Shown: positions 1 to 12,060, numbered from the whole stretch's first letter. The stretch: DNA of 60,554 bases, filler included, from Basidioascus undulatus (GCA_000826855.1; 10 parts of 10 records of this genome joined end to end with filler, not necessarily neighbours in it); one strand, 5' to 3'. The notes: a model not told the origin generated them from the letters alone. Translations and numbers: made by a program.

Positions 1-63
1 TTGCTCCCGCCCCCTTCCCCATCTCCCCTCCCATGCCCTCAGCTCAACCCACCCCGCACACAG

Positions 64-574
64 CGGTACGAGCACCTCTCCTCCGCGCAAAAGATCGACA
101 CCTCCATTCGCTTCCCCGCGACGCTCTCGATGCGCCCGTACGCGACGCGCCCGGGCGCGCCCGAGCCCGAGGGGCTGTACGAGTACGAGCTCTTCGCCGT
201 CGTCAACCACCAGGGCGAGATGGAGACGGGCCACTATACGTGTTTTGTCAAGACGGACGAGCAGGTGCGTCGGCTCTTGGACTGTATGCGTCGGCGGGGG
301 GATGCGGCAGCTGAAATGCGGGAGGGTGGTGGGGGATAGTGGTACCGCTGCGAAGACGCCGATGTCCGACCGGCGACGGAGGCGGAGGTGCTCGCCAGCC
401 AGGGGTACATGCTGCTGTACTCTAAGAAGACACTGGTGTACTGTGCGTCTCGTCGTCCCCTAACGTCTTCCGCGATTGCTGACGTTGTAATGGATAATGG
501 TAGTTCCGTACGCCAAGACGCAGCTCTCGGCCGCCCAGCGCGAGGAGCTGCTCAAGAAGGAGGGGAAGGCGTGA
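64..574 (+). CDS. Ubiquitin-specific protease (peptidase C19, Ubp8/USP22-like), 3' exons; 5' partial
   Basis: His-box YELFAVVNHQGEMETGHYTCFV, intron 265-339, WYRCEDADV...SQGYMLLY, intron 443-503, last exon ending EGKA* at 574. Confidence 0.85.
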
Positions 575-2625
575 GCGGTTAAGCGGTCCTCGCCGGCATG
601 CCCTCGCCTCGCACCCGTCATTTGTTTTTCTCCTTGTGCATTCCTCGCATCTTCCTCCCACTTTCCATCTCTTTACACCTCTGTCTGGCTCTGCATCCTT
701 TCCGCATTTCTTGCATCACGGCACCCCCCCTCCCCTACACTCCCACTTCAGCCCATCGTCTCACATCCCCCATCCTAGCACTACCTTAGAATCTCACACC
801 ACTGCATCCCACCCTCGCTTTCCTTTTCACCCTCTTGCAATTCCTTCTCGCTTCATCTTGCTCGACACATCTTCATTCCTTCTGGCGTCTTTCCACTCGG
901 CATGTCTTGTTGCATCGCATTCATCATTGCATATTCATCATGCGCTCTGTTGCACATGCTCGTGAGACTTCGATTGCAACAGCTTGACTTCAATGTAGAG
1001 CGAAACATACCTAGTCTACATACGACTGGCAATTGATAGAGCGGTCACTCGCGCAGCGCCTCTCGCGTTCAGGCGAAGTTCTAAATGACTCACCTGCCGT
1101 GTGGGCTGATCCACACCTCAGAAGTTAAGTTTTCTTCGTCAATGTTGCGAGACCCGGTCCGTGAAGTTGATCTTCGCGACCCGGTGTATCGGAGGGTGCG
1201 GTCGTTATCACAGTTAAGAGGAGAGGTCGAGATTATGGGCAGGGTGCATTTCACGGGCCATGGTGTTCTGTCACTGTTTATCTAAATTCCATGTCTGTGA
1301 AGGTTATTGGTTTACTGGTGTATGCAGGGGGCTGCTGAAGACAGAGAATCGGCCACAGTCGCGTTGAAAGGATGCCGAACCGAACACAACCGCATTGCCT
1401 CGGTAATATTAGTTGAGAGAGCAAATTGAGCTATTCACCGAAACTACATAGCACAGATCTTCTGGTTTTTGCTCAAACTATTCAACTGTTGGTTGGCAGT
1501 GTTGAGATTCGAACTCTAGTACAGAGGCACGGCAGAAAGAGCAGTGCTCTGTAGCGGATGCCCAACGGCTGACCGGGGGTCGGGCAAGACCACCGGGCTG
1601 GATTTAGTGAATGATTTTACCGTTCAACTATTGCATCAGCGAAAGCCAGGCAGAATGCGGCACACTTGCACCCCTTTGCAGCCCATGTACTTTGAACAAG
1701 CGTCACGCGCGGACTGCCAGTCCCAAGGGATGCCCGAGGATAAGTATGGGCAAAACCCATTTGTCAGGGAAACTGACATAAATGGCCCTGACAAGATAAA
1801 GAGCTCTGGCGCGGGCAAGGGTGTTGCAAGTCTTTGAAGGGGCACGAGAAACAGCCATTACTGTCGCCTTCACTTGCGCAAATTCATGCCTGTCTGTCGC
1901 AATCGAAGACACCTAAACTTCATAAAATATGTTCCCCTTGAGAAATCACTGTGAAGGGTCAAGATCAAGTGCACGTTGACGGTGCATGGCCGCATCATGT
2001 CCTCGCTGCGCTGCCTCATAGACCCTTCCCACATTTCAAAACGAGACCACACCTTGTTGGTGATTGATCAGAAACTCAAAGGTACTCCCGGGACAGGCTG
2101 CTGCTTCAGAGTGACAACCCGGATGGAAGTCCGACTGTCACCGCGCCTAATTCTGAGCACGTAACCTGACGACTGTTCATAGCTGCAACTGGGCACTCCC
2201 TGGGACACACAAACTCCCAACATTAATGTGCAAGGGTGAGCTTTGGGCTGCTGTCCCCTGTGTGCCCCCAAGCCCTATCGTCAAGCTATAATCGTGGAGC
2301 GCGAGGTAGACGTTCAAGTTGCATTCTCGTCGAAGCCGCTTGTTTTCTGTGTGGCAGCTGTGATTACAACGTGTAATTGGCAGGCGCCTTGGAACTCAGT
2401 CAAAATAACTCCCATGTTGTTTTCGGATAATTCACCGCTGAATCTCCGGACGGCACTGCTATTGGAACGCAGTCGAGAGCATCGTCCGTTGTCTTCCGGA
2501 ACCGGTAGCACCACGAAGACGCTCAGACGTTCGCATACGCACACGAAATCTTGGTTGCCACTTCAATGTCGTATCCCACGCTTACATCACAACACGCCGT
2601 CTTCCTGAACTCCCTCTCCCTCACC

Positions 2626-3478
2626 TTACATCTTGCTCTTGCCCTGCTTCAGGACGTTGTCGAGCTTGGTAGCGAGCATCTGTGACAGAACCTCTTCAGT
2701 TTTATCCCTGAAGTACGATCAAGACAGCTACGCACGACGTTGCCCTTGACCTTCAGGCGGCCGGTCATGAACGCTACGCGGGCGAGCATCCGTCAGTCAG
2801 CAATCAGCGACCAGATGAATGGTAGGGACGAGGGCGCACCCTTTTGGCCGTTCAGCTTCCCATCCGCCAGCTCCTTGAACGTCGCTATATCACGAACAAA
2901 AGGCGATCAGCCGAAGATAACAACGACGGAGAAGAGGCAGGGTGCACCGTCATTCAGAGACAGCGCAACGTCCGCCTTGGGCTTCGCAGGGCCCTTGTAG
3001 ACCTTGCCCTCCTGCAAATCCCGCCCTGGTCAGCTAAACGTTCAGCGGTCTATAACCGGAGCAGACGGAGACGGACCTTCTTCAGGTCGATCGTCCTGTT
3101 CCCCGTACGCACGTCCTTCAGCATCAAGCACATCGCCATCCCTGGCCATCTCCCCAGGAAAAGTCAAGGCTCACCAGACGCCCTCCTTCCCCTCTTTATT
3201 CTTGATGCGCAGCTCGAAGATGCCATTGGTCTGCAAAGCGCGGTTGCGGAGATCTCCCTTGTTCAGTCCGCCGTTCCACCTACGCAGGCTTGGGCGACTC
3301 GACGCACCTTCTTGATCTGAGCCTTCTTCTCGGCCTCGCTCGCCTTGGAGAACTGCTCAGCAAGGACAGACAGGAGCTCGGAAGACTGGACGCTCCCTCT
3401 CGGTCAGCTCGGGGTGTTCATATAGGGAGTGGAAGGAGCGTGCCGCACGGGGAAGGCGGGGTCTTTGACGTCGGACAT
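2626..3478 (-). CDS. Sterol carrier protein 2 (SCP2) family lipid-binding protein, 8 exons
   Basis: Manual splicing gives MSDVKDPAFP-SSELLSVLAEQFSKASEAEKKAQIKK-TNGIFELRIKNKEGKEGVW-TIDLKK-EGKVYKGPAKPKADVALSLND-TFKELADGKLNGQK-AFMTGRLKVKGNV-MLATKLDNVLKQGKSKM*. C-terminal SKM is PTS1-like. Absent from the ORF track. Confidence 0.92.
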
Positions 3479-4573
3479 GGCGGTGGTGCTGGTTGATGGG
3501 ATCAATACGGGAAGTCTGATAAATACCGTATCGAGAGCGTGAGGTTTGGGAAAGGAGAGCTGAGGGTGGATGGGCAACGGACTATCCCATGAGTCGAGGG
3601 GAGGCGGCTCTTGAGGTCGCCGGGGCGGTCAGACGCGTGACCTCACTTTCACGTGTTTGCGCTCAAGAAACGTCAAGCTGCAGCGTTTCTGTACCGTTTC
3701 TGATGCACGTTTCGTAGAAAGGAACGTCCGCAACAACATTGTGTACATGTCTGACGGACTGAAAAGTTAAAGATTGGGAGCGGAACACTTGGGATGTGCA
3801 AAGCGTGTAGCGGATTGCCCTGTCCGTCGCAAGTTGTTGGTCACCGACATCTCCCGCCTTTTCATCACTGCTGGAGATGTAGTCCGGATTCCCACTCTAG
3901 CGCTCCCCTATGCAAAGGTCCAACCCGGCAAGTCACCCGTTGCAGGTAGTGGACACAGTCAGGTGTAAAGATACCGGTAAGAACGGCCATGAACGGCCAT
4001 TTCATCCCGAACACAACAGGGTGCAGTGGTCACCGGCAATGAACGAAGCCTGTAACTTCTAGTGAGCAAGTGCCATACTTACGACGACCACCTCGATAGG
4101 TGTCACGCACGAAGACGGAGACTGTGTAAACGGAGACAGGGCGTTCTAGGCCATTATGGAAAAAAGAATGAAGATTGAAGATAAACTCTTTCTCCACAAT
4201 CTCAGGACTCCCCGAACGAGCTGTCCGCCGGACCGTGACACAGGCAGGCGGCCTATTCCATGTAAGAACGGGAAGAACGATACGTTGATCGCCAGCGCCA
4301 TGGAGCGAGTTTCACCGCGACCTTACGGCATTTACCATGGCAGTTCCACCGTCTCCGTGTCCAAGATCTACGAGCAACCCCACGGCAACATGATCGTAAG
4401 AGCAAGGTTTTGCACATACCGCATCGTCCTCGTGCTGTCTTGACAGGACAAGGCCCAGTTCGCTCCATCGGGAGAAGACCGTCCACAGTGAAACGAAGAG
4501 CGTACCGTCTCCAATTGTAAAGCCACCGTCCCCCAGGTCTCAGGTTATGCAGCTTCCCTGTACATCCCCCTCC

Positions 4574-4900
4574 ATGTCTCGCGCAAACAACGCGCAAGTC
4601 AAAGTCGACGTTGCGAACCAGAATCTCATCATCGCGCAGCTGAACGTCCAGGCCGCCGACACCGAAGCGCGGCAGGTTTTCAACACCATCCAGACCCTGC
4701 CGGACGTTTATCGGTACACATTCGACGTCTCAATCCGCCTGGCCCACGTCGCCAACAAGCGCGCCCATGCGGTGGCGGCGCTCGCCGATGCACAGGAGCA
4801 GCTGAAGAGGGCCAAGGCGGAGATGGAGGAGTGGGAGAAAGAGTTCAGGGAGAACTTGTATGGGTGTGGGGTGTCGACTGGGGGCAAGCGCAAGCGCTAG
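4574..4900 (+). CDS. Hypothetical intronless helical/coiled-coil protein ending in KRKR
   Basis: 108-aa ORF with GC-rich third positions amid lower-GC flanks; amphipathic AVAALADAQEQLKRAKAEMEEWEKEF. Confidence 0.5.
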   Translation: MSRANNAQVKVDVANQNLIIAQLNVQAADTEARQVFNTIQTLPDVYRYTFDVSIRLAHVANKRAHAVAALADAQEQLKRAKAEMEEWEKEFRENLYGCGVSTGGKRKR

Positions 4901-5912
4901 GATGCAGAGGGTGGAGGAGCTGTGGACGAGGGAAGACGGGGGATGGGAGAAGGGGGGGTGATCCCGGGGGAGGAAGAATGGAGTGCCCATGATTTAAAAG
5001 AATCTGTAGAAATTGAGAGTCTCTTTTGATTATGAGTGCTATAACAAGGAACAGTGGACTTATATGAGCTCTCTTTTAACAGGCGACTGCGATGGGGGTC
5101 CTTCCGTTGCACAACTGGACTGCCAAACCTCCAGCTGAGCGGTGGCTAACAGTGCTCCGGCTAGATGGTTGGATGGCTGTTCTTCTGCTGTTGGCTCCGA
5201 AATGAAGTGTTCATTACAGACGCTGCCGTAATCTACAGTTAGACTGTGACGACTACACAAGACAGCGCTGCGGTCAGAGAACCTGCTTCTGCCCAGAAAT
5301 CCAGTATTAACAACCTTGCATCAACTCAACGTAAGGGCCTTGGTCTTGCCATGTATCTCACATGGACCTGCAGACAGGGCAGAGTACCCTCGAGCCAGGT
5401 GACGAATTTCGGACCGCCGATGGTTCAGCTGCGGTGCCTCAGGTTACTGTGAATAGATTTTTGAAGACTCGTTGTCGACATTGTTTATGTTTGAACATAC
5501 ATGTATCAGTCGAGGTATCACCCAGTATGTGACAGTGTATGACGAATGCAGTCTGAATGCGGCTGTCTCCCGGCGTTTTTCAACAACTCAGGTACCGAGA
5601 AGAAAGAAGCTGTCCCTCTACCACCCTGAAGGTGAGCATTAAGGGTCTAATAGTTCATGCTCACTCAGTTCCCTACCCGATTCTGATCTTGGCATCCGGT
5701 GTGGTGTAGTTGGTTTGAACTAACGGGACAGAGTGTCGTAACCTTCTCACGGGGTCCACGGGGTCGGTTCATACAGCACATCTGTGGACACAAGCAAGGT
5801 AACCTGGTAGTAGAACGTGAAGAATGCAAAATGTCACTCTACCTAGGAGTATTCACTAGAGCAAAAAGTAGGATGTGAATAGCCAGAGGGGTAGAGCGGG
5901 AATACAAAAGGA

Positions 5913-5985
5913 AGCCCCACGCGGGGGTCGAACCCGCAGCCTTGAGATTAAGAGTCTCACGCTCTACCGATTGAGCTAGCGAGGC
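5913..5985 (-). tRNA. tRNA-Lys(CTT)
   Basis: GCCTCGC TA GCTC AATCGGTA GAGC G TGAGA CT CTT AA TCTCA AGGCT GCGGG TTCGACC CCCGC GTGGGGC T folds as a full cloverleaf; TTTT terminator follows shortly after. Confidence 0.97.
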
Positions 5986-5986
5986 T

Positions 5987-6086
5987 NNNNNNNNNNNNNN
6001 NNNNNNNNNNNNNNNNNNNNNNNNNNNNNNTTAATTAATTAANNNNNNNNNNNNNNNNNNNNNNNNNNNNNNNNNNNNNNNNNNNN
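5987..6086. other. Artificial contig spacer
   Basis: N44-TTAATTAATTAA-N44 (stop in all six frames). Confidence 0.99.
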
Positions 6087-7911
6087 TCACCACGCTCGGG
6101 CGGATGGAGTGGAAGACGTGGAGGAGGGTGTTTGGCGTACTCGACTTTATTCCGATTATCGAAGTAAAGTAGCACTTTCCCTTCCAGCCGGTGAGACTGC
6201 ATGCCTGCAGCAGCACTACAATCCACGGGCCTACTTGATCCAAGATAATCATGGGGAACTGCACTGTAGAGGGCCTGTTTGTCTGACAATTGATCTACTA
6301 ATCAGATTCGTTGAGCTAGCCTGCAGCTGGTCCTTTCAGCGCCTCCGCCACAGGTTAAAGCGGCTAACCTGGCACCGGCGTGAAAGGTCCTTGTTGAGGT
6401 TTGTGCATGTCCAACTGGTAAGGTATATCTCTTTTTGCAATGAGACAGCCATTATGGAGTCCAGATTTTGGCACATTGCTTGCCATGTCTGTATTGCAAG
6501 CTTGAAATGGAACTGCTACAAGGGGTGGACTGGATGGAATTGCGAGCTGCCTGAGGTCCAGTTCCGCACGGAGCCCCTTATGTATTTATCTTCCGTCTCA
6601 CCGATAAATAACTAATGGTCGGAGCGGGCGCTGTGAGGTTTCTGCCGCGAAAGCCCACGTGAGAGTGGAATCATGCTGGTACTAGTATGTGTTGAATGGC
6701 AGTCCCTTTCGGCTATGATGAAAGGATGCCATTCACCTGGGGGTAAATTATCCCTTCTTACAGGTAATGGAGTAGCTCCTACAAGCAGTTTTATTACTGC
6801 CGTGGTCAAGCGATCCACGGTTGAGGCTCGTTGACTCCCCAGCGCAGTGCTTTCCACCACAGCCAAGAGCAGAGCGCCGTTATGAGGGTAGAGAGCTCAA
6901 TGAAGCTCGAACAATGCACAGCTATGTTGATTAGACCCTGTTTGCCGATACATATGAAGGTGTGGATGTCGTCGAGCTGTTTTGTACACGATCCAGGTAT
7001 CACGGCGGTGCATCAGGACACTGCCATCCTTGTGCCATCGGGCAGTTTCCGGATCTTGGCGCTCCTCAGGCGGACGGGATACTGAGAAGCTATTGAAACT
7101 CGCAGTCCTATATACTTTTTTGAACTGCGTGACGGCGCAGCGGCCATCTTGGATGCCCGTAAATGCCCGGGTTGTGTGCAACGTACAGTTCATTTTATAT
7201 TCGGTCTTCCGTCGGGGGGCTCTTCCTCACATCCGCAAGTATGAAGTACACAGTGAGATGTCTCCACACACTTGAACCGAGACCAGCATTTAATTGATTG
7301 CACTCAGGCACCTCGCAGCTTGTCGCAGCACGTTCGTCAACATCCCCACTTGTCCGACGACTTCGCGGCTTCGCGCAGCGCTTCAAAACCGCCCACACGG
7401 CGGCTCGCCAGATGAAAAGACGGGGACGCCGGATGTGCCGTCGTCATCCACCTGTTGCTGAGTACCTTCTCTCCGCACACTCTGCCCATAATGTGAACCC
7501 AGTGCAAAGCCAAAAGGTCGCAAGTGTAAGGCTTATGCTTAGCACTGTTATGTGCTATGAAAGGCATAGAAACTGCGCATTCACTTGTCGCGCCTTGACG
7601 GCGGCGCGGCAGAAACAACTGCGCGCGTGTCATTTCCCCGATCTGCCGGATGCTGTGCTGCCCTGTGCCCTGAGCGCGAGCAGGGTCTGTCTGAAACAGA
7701 GTCTCCGTGGGGTACAGGGTCCGTGCTCCGAACCGTCCAAGGAAGAAGACTCTCATGCGGACCGCGTGATGGCAACGCCGTAACTTCGCGTCGGTGCACC
7801 GCTTCGACCTCTGCTCGAGCCCACCAATACCCAGCCAGCCTCCATGACCCCCCTCGCTCCTTTCAACTCTCATCGCTGATCGCTCAGCCGTACGACGCTG
7901 AGATATTACTC

Positions 7912-9817
7912 ATGACCGCTGTAATCCCCTTTGCGAAACGCGGCGACGATCACGGGAGGTGCGAGCTCGCTCTGGGCGCTTGGCAGCCGCACGGCGATGA
8001 CGACGCTCGCAACGGCGACGACGAGGGCTTTAACGACTATTCGCTCCTTCTGCCCAGCCCGACCCATTCACACCACCCCGACGCGCCCTTCTCTCATCGC
8101 TCCTCCCTTCGGTTCTCCATTGTCTCTACACTCTACCGCCGCAGACGCATCGTTTTTCTTTTTGTCCTCACCGTCTTTTGGACATGCGCTCTCATCGCGT
8201 ACTTTGCATTCCCGTCTACACTCCACCTATACCTCGCAACCCTCCTATATACCCTTCCCGTCTCTTTCATCATCGACCTCTACGCCCTCATCGTCGAGCG
8301 CGGCCAGAGCTGGTCTCGACCGCGCACCGCCTCGTTCGCGTTCTCGGCGCTCGGCGTGTCTTCCCTTTTTCTCATGGCCCTCATCCCCCCTTTCAACCTC
8401 GACGCCAACGCCACCCTGCCTATCCCCGATCTTCCTCGCGACCAGACCTACTACATCGCCTCGAACCTCTACAACTCCGAGAGCCTCCTCCCGCATTACA
8501 CCTCCTCCCTCCACTCGCTCATCTCCGTGCTCGGCGAGCAGAACGTCTTTGTCTCGATCTACGAGTCCAACTCGAAGGATCGGACGAAGGAGCTGCTGGC
8601 GAGTTTCGACGGCGAGCTCGCAGCCCGCGGTGTGCGGCGGCGAATCAAGACCGACGACGCGGGGAAGGGCGCGAGGCGGGACAAAGGCCACTGGAACGCT
8701 ACCCTCGATCGAATCAACTACCTCGCCAGGGTGCGGAACGAGGCTCTTACACCGCTGTACGAGGGGATGGAGGGGCTGGAAGTGGGAGAGTTCTCGCGGG
8801 TGGTCTGGCTGAACGACGTCTACTTCGACTGGAGTGAGCCCCTTTCCCGTTCGCTTTCGTCTCGCCGTGAGCTCACGTACTCATCCCTCCGCTGACAGGA
8901 TCGGTCCTCCACCTCCTGAATACACACAACGGATCCTACGACCTCGCCTGCGCATTCGACTATAGCCCTCTGGGCCTCTACGACACGTGCGCATCGCTCT
9001 CTGCGCACTGGCCGTCCTTTCCGCCCCTGAGGATCGAGCTAACCCATCGCTCCTTTGATAGCTGGGTCACTCGAGACCTCTGCGGCGACCGTGTCAAGCC
9101 GCTCTGGCCGTACTTTTCGCACGCGGATGACGTCACTCGTCTCGCACGAAAGGAGCCCATCCCCGTCAACAGCTGCTGGAACGGCATTGCGGCGTTCGAT
9201 GCGCGATGGTTCCTGCCGCGCAGCACCTCCGGTGGGCTTTTCTGCGACCTGCTTTTGCTACGTTCGCTGACGGTTTTGGTGCCGCTATTTCCTTGCAATA
9301 TTAAACAGCCGAGACTTCAGACGAGCTGCCCTCCCCATTCACCCCCTCCGCTGCCGACAGTGCGACCGATGCCTTCGCCAACTCCACGATCGCTCCACCC
9401 GCCTTCCCCCTTCGCTTCCGCTCCCAAGCGTCTTGTGACTCCTCCGAATGTCTCCTCACCTCTTTCGACATGCATCGTCTTTCCGCCCCCGCGCGTCCTC
9501 GCATTTACATGAACCCTCTCGTAACTGCCAGTGTGTCCCATTTCGTTTCTTTCCCCTTGATCCCTTCCCTTCCTACTCCTTCCTGACCCGCCCCCCTTCC
9601 GTCCACTCCAGCGTACGACTACCCCTCGCACCTCCTGTACACACACATCCTCAACTGGCGCATCGTCGCGCCCTGGCGCGCGCTCTGGCAGGACCTGGTG
9701 TCGCACCGGATGTTCGGGTGGGTGACGGACATAGGGCGGAAGAAGGCGGTGTGCAAGACGACGCAGAAGGGGTGGGCCGAGCCGCCGCTGGGGAGGGTGT
9801 GTCCGCAGATTGATTGA
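7912..9817 (+). CDS. Glycosyltransferase family 69 (CAP59/CMT1-like alpha-1,3-mannosyltransferase) with N-terminal TM helices
   Basis: YYIASNLYNSE, NVFVSIYESNSKDRT, RINYLARVRNEAL, WLNDVYF, SYDLACAFDY, YDTWVTRD, PIPVNSCWNGIAAFDARWF, CDSSEC, IYMNP motifs across spliced exons. Confidence 0.92.
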
Positions 9818-10448
9818 GGGGTGGAAGAATAGAAGAGGAATTGAAACTCGAGCAGCAGTTTATCGTACCGTACCTTGTCTTGTTTTGGCTTCTTTTCGAG
9901 CCGCGCTTTACCCCATTTGGAGATGATACCCTCGCTTTTCATACCCCGGACGTGGACCTGTACCGTTCGTTCTCTAGCGATTCACTCTTGCATTGTATAC
10001 GCTGCGTGAGTATGGGCGATAGCGTTGTCACGGATGCGGGCTCTCGTCGTTTCGTGCCCTGTGCAGCATAGGCGCTCTAAGCTTGTAAGGAACTGAACGA
10101 AAAGACAGGGCACGTTGCTGCATCCCCTGACCCGCAACGACCCGCCCATCATGCGGTGTTCTCCGTTGCGGCGTGGCAAACACAAAAAGTAACGTCTGCA
10201 GAGAGGACTTCACGCAGATATTGACACATTCTTCGCGACGCGAGACCAGACAGTACTGTCCTCCGTCTCGTCCGCATTCAGTCCATTCAACTACCAACGC
10301 GGTCGAGACGAAGCAGACGCACAACCCCCGCACAACCGTCCACAGTCACCCGAAGACCATGACCAGACCACATCAAATCCATCTCATCTTCTCCCTGCCC
10401 TTCTCATCCCCTGGTTCGTCGCCGCCTCCTCCTCCTCCGCATCAACCA

Positions 10449-11209
10449 TCAAAATATGCCCATCCCCATCCCCTTCCAGCCCAGCCCCGCCAGCGCGTCT
10501 CCGCCAAACTTCCTCCGCACCGCCCCGCTCCCGCTTTCGAGGTACTCCTCACGCGTTATGCACAGCGCGGGGAACGCGGGGGAGCGCGCGAGCACGCGGG
10601 CGGCGTAATAGGGGGCTGTGATTGGGCTGGAGGAGAAGATCGGTTAGTTCCAGGGGACGGGGCGGGGCGGGGGGGAGGAAGAGGGACGTACTTCTCGGGC
10701 ATGACTACCCTTAGCGGCGCTTCAGCGGGTGCGAGTGGCCTAAGCTCGTTCCGTCTGTTCCCTCCACTTCGATCAGCTTTCCCATCGCATGCCCGGCAAC
10801 GTCCAGGAATACGCACAGCCGCTCCGCAAACCCATCAAACAGCGCATTCCCCCCGACCACCGCGATGTTCGCCCAAAACAGGCCTTGCAGCTCCACCTGC
10901 AGCGACGCGATCGAGTCCGCGATCGCTTCGGGGAGGCCGCACTGGTCGAGACCTGTCGGACCACACCTCCCAGCGGTCAGGACCCGGAATAATCCACCAG
11001 AGTGAAGGAGGAGAAAAGGCGCACCGATGTACCCCGGACAGAACAGCAGCTCCGGCACGCTGAACCGCTCGTTCGCGAGCGTGAGGATCTGGTCGTCCGG
11101 GTCTGCGGGCGCGTCGGAAAGGGAGCGCACGCGCCCCCGCCGCCGCTCGGCAGTCGAGTAGTCGGGGAGGACGTACTCCCGGATGATGGGGTTCGAGGTG
11201 GGATCGGCC
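10449..11209 (-). CDS. ARP6: Actin-related protein 6, C-terminal half (5' half absent)
   Basis: NPIIREYVLPDYS, QILTLANERFSVPELLF, LFWANIAVVGGNALFDGFAERL, ELRPLAP, ITREEYLESGS. Confidence 0.88.
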
Positions 11210-11346
11210 CTGGGGGGTGGGGGGTTCAGGAGCGAGCGCGACGGGAGAGAACCCGGAACCCGGGTGCAAGGGAAGGGGAGAAGGAAAGGGAGAGGGGAGA
11301 GGGGAGATGGGAGATGGGAAGAAGGGGAGGAGAAGAGAAGACGCAC

Positions 11347-12002
11347 TCTCAGACACCGGCCGAATCTCGACGACCTCCCAGTCGGTCGTAGAGTCAGGCG
11401 ACTCGATGAGGACGTGTTTCTCTGACTCCGAGTCAGAGGGGGAGACGGAGACGCGGAATGTGCACGCTTTGACGCCCCAGGAGGACGAGCCGGTTGTGAG
11501 GTCGAAGTCGTAGGAGTGCCAGGGGCTGCGTTTGGGGACAGGAGGTCAGATAGGAGGGATAAGTGAGGGGAGGAGAATGGAGATGGGATATGGGTGAGGG
11601 GAGAGGAAGAAGGGACGCACCACACTGCGATAACCGAGTCGATATCCTCGATGTCCTCCTCCGGCTGCTCCCAGACCAGCTCAGCCTCCTCCATCGGCGC
11701 GCCCGCATGTGGGCAACTACGACAATACCAAAGTATCAGCCCCCAATCCATTCAACTCCACAAGCATTTCGTTCTCCCACGCACCTAGCTTCCATCGCAT
11801 ACAACCTCGGCGGGTCCGGCTCAGGCTCCCCGGGGGGCGTGGGGAGGCGGTACATGACGATGGGGTGGTAGTTGGCGGGGTTTGTCGTTGAGCGGAGGGT
11901 AATCATGTGTCTGTGCGTGGACAGGAGGGCGGAGAGCGGGGAGAGGCGGAGGAGCGGCCGGGGGGAGGGTGTGTGTGTGTGTGTGTGGGTGTGGGAGGAC
12001 AT
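11347..12002 (-). CDS. Rieske [2Fe-2S] domain protein, N-terminal part (3' part absent)
   Basis: Spliced exons give YAMEAS-CPHAGAPM...DIEDIDSVIAVC-PWHSYDFDLTTGSSSWGVKACTFRV, i.e. CxH...CxxH ligands; resembles the N-terminus of fungal Rieske/ferritin-like (DUF455) proteins. Confidence 0.85.
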
Positions 12003-12060
12003 GATTGCTGGGAAGAGCGCTGGGGATCGGGGGAGGATGAGAGAGCGCAGGGAGGAGGGG

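Noticed and set aside
1544..1837. ADRGSGKTT Walker-A-like motif
   Set aside because: No preceding hydrophobic strand, no Walker B and no coding bias; likely chance
5695..5790. tRNA-like stretch (TCCGGTG-TGGTGTAGTTGGT...TTCTCAC...GGTTCATAC) that could be read as Glu(CTC) or a TCA suppressor
   Set aside because: No consistent cloverleaf, a poor B-box and extra sequence; it also contains an ACTAAC..CAG intron-like end. At best a relic.
6031..6042. TTAATTAATTAA palindromes recurring every ~6 kb
   Set aside because: Artificial six-frame stop linker flanked by fixed N runs; not a biological repeat or array
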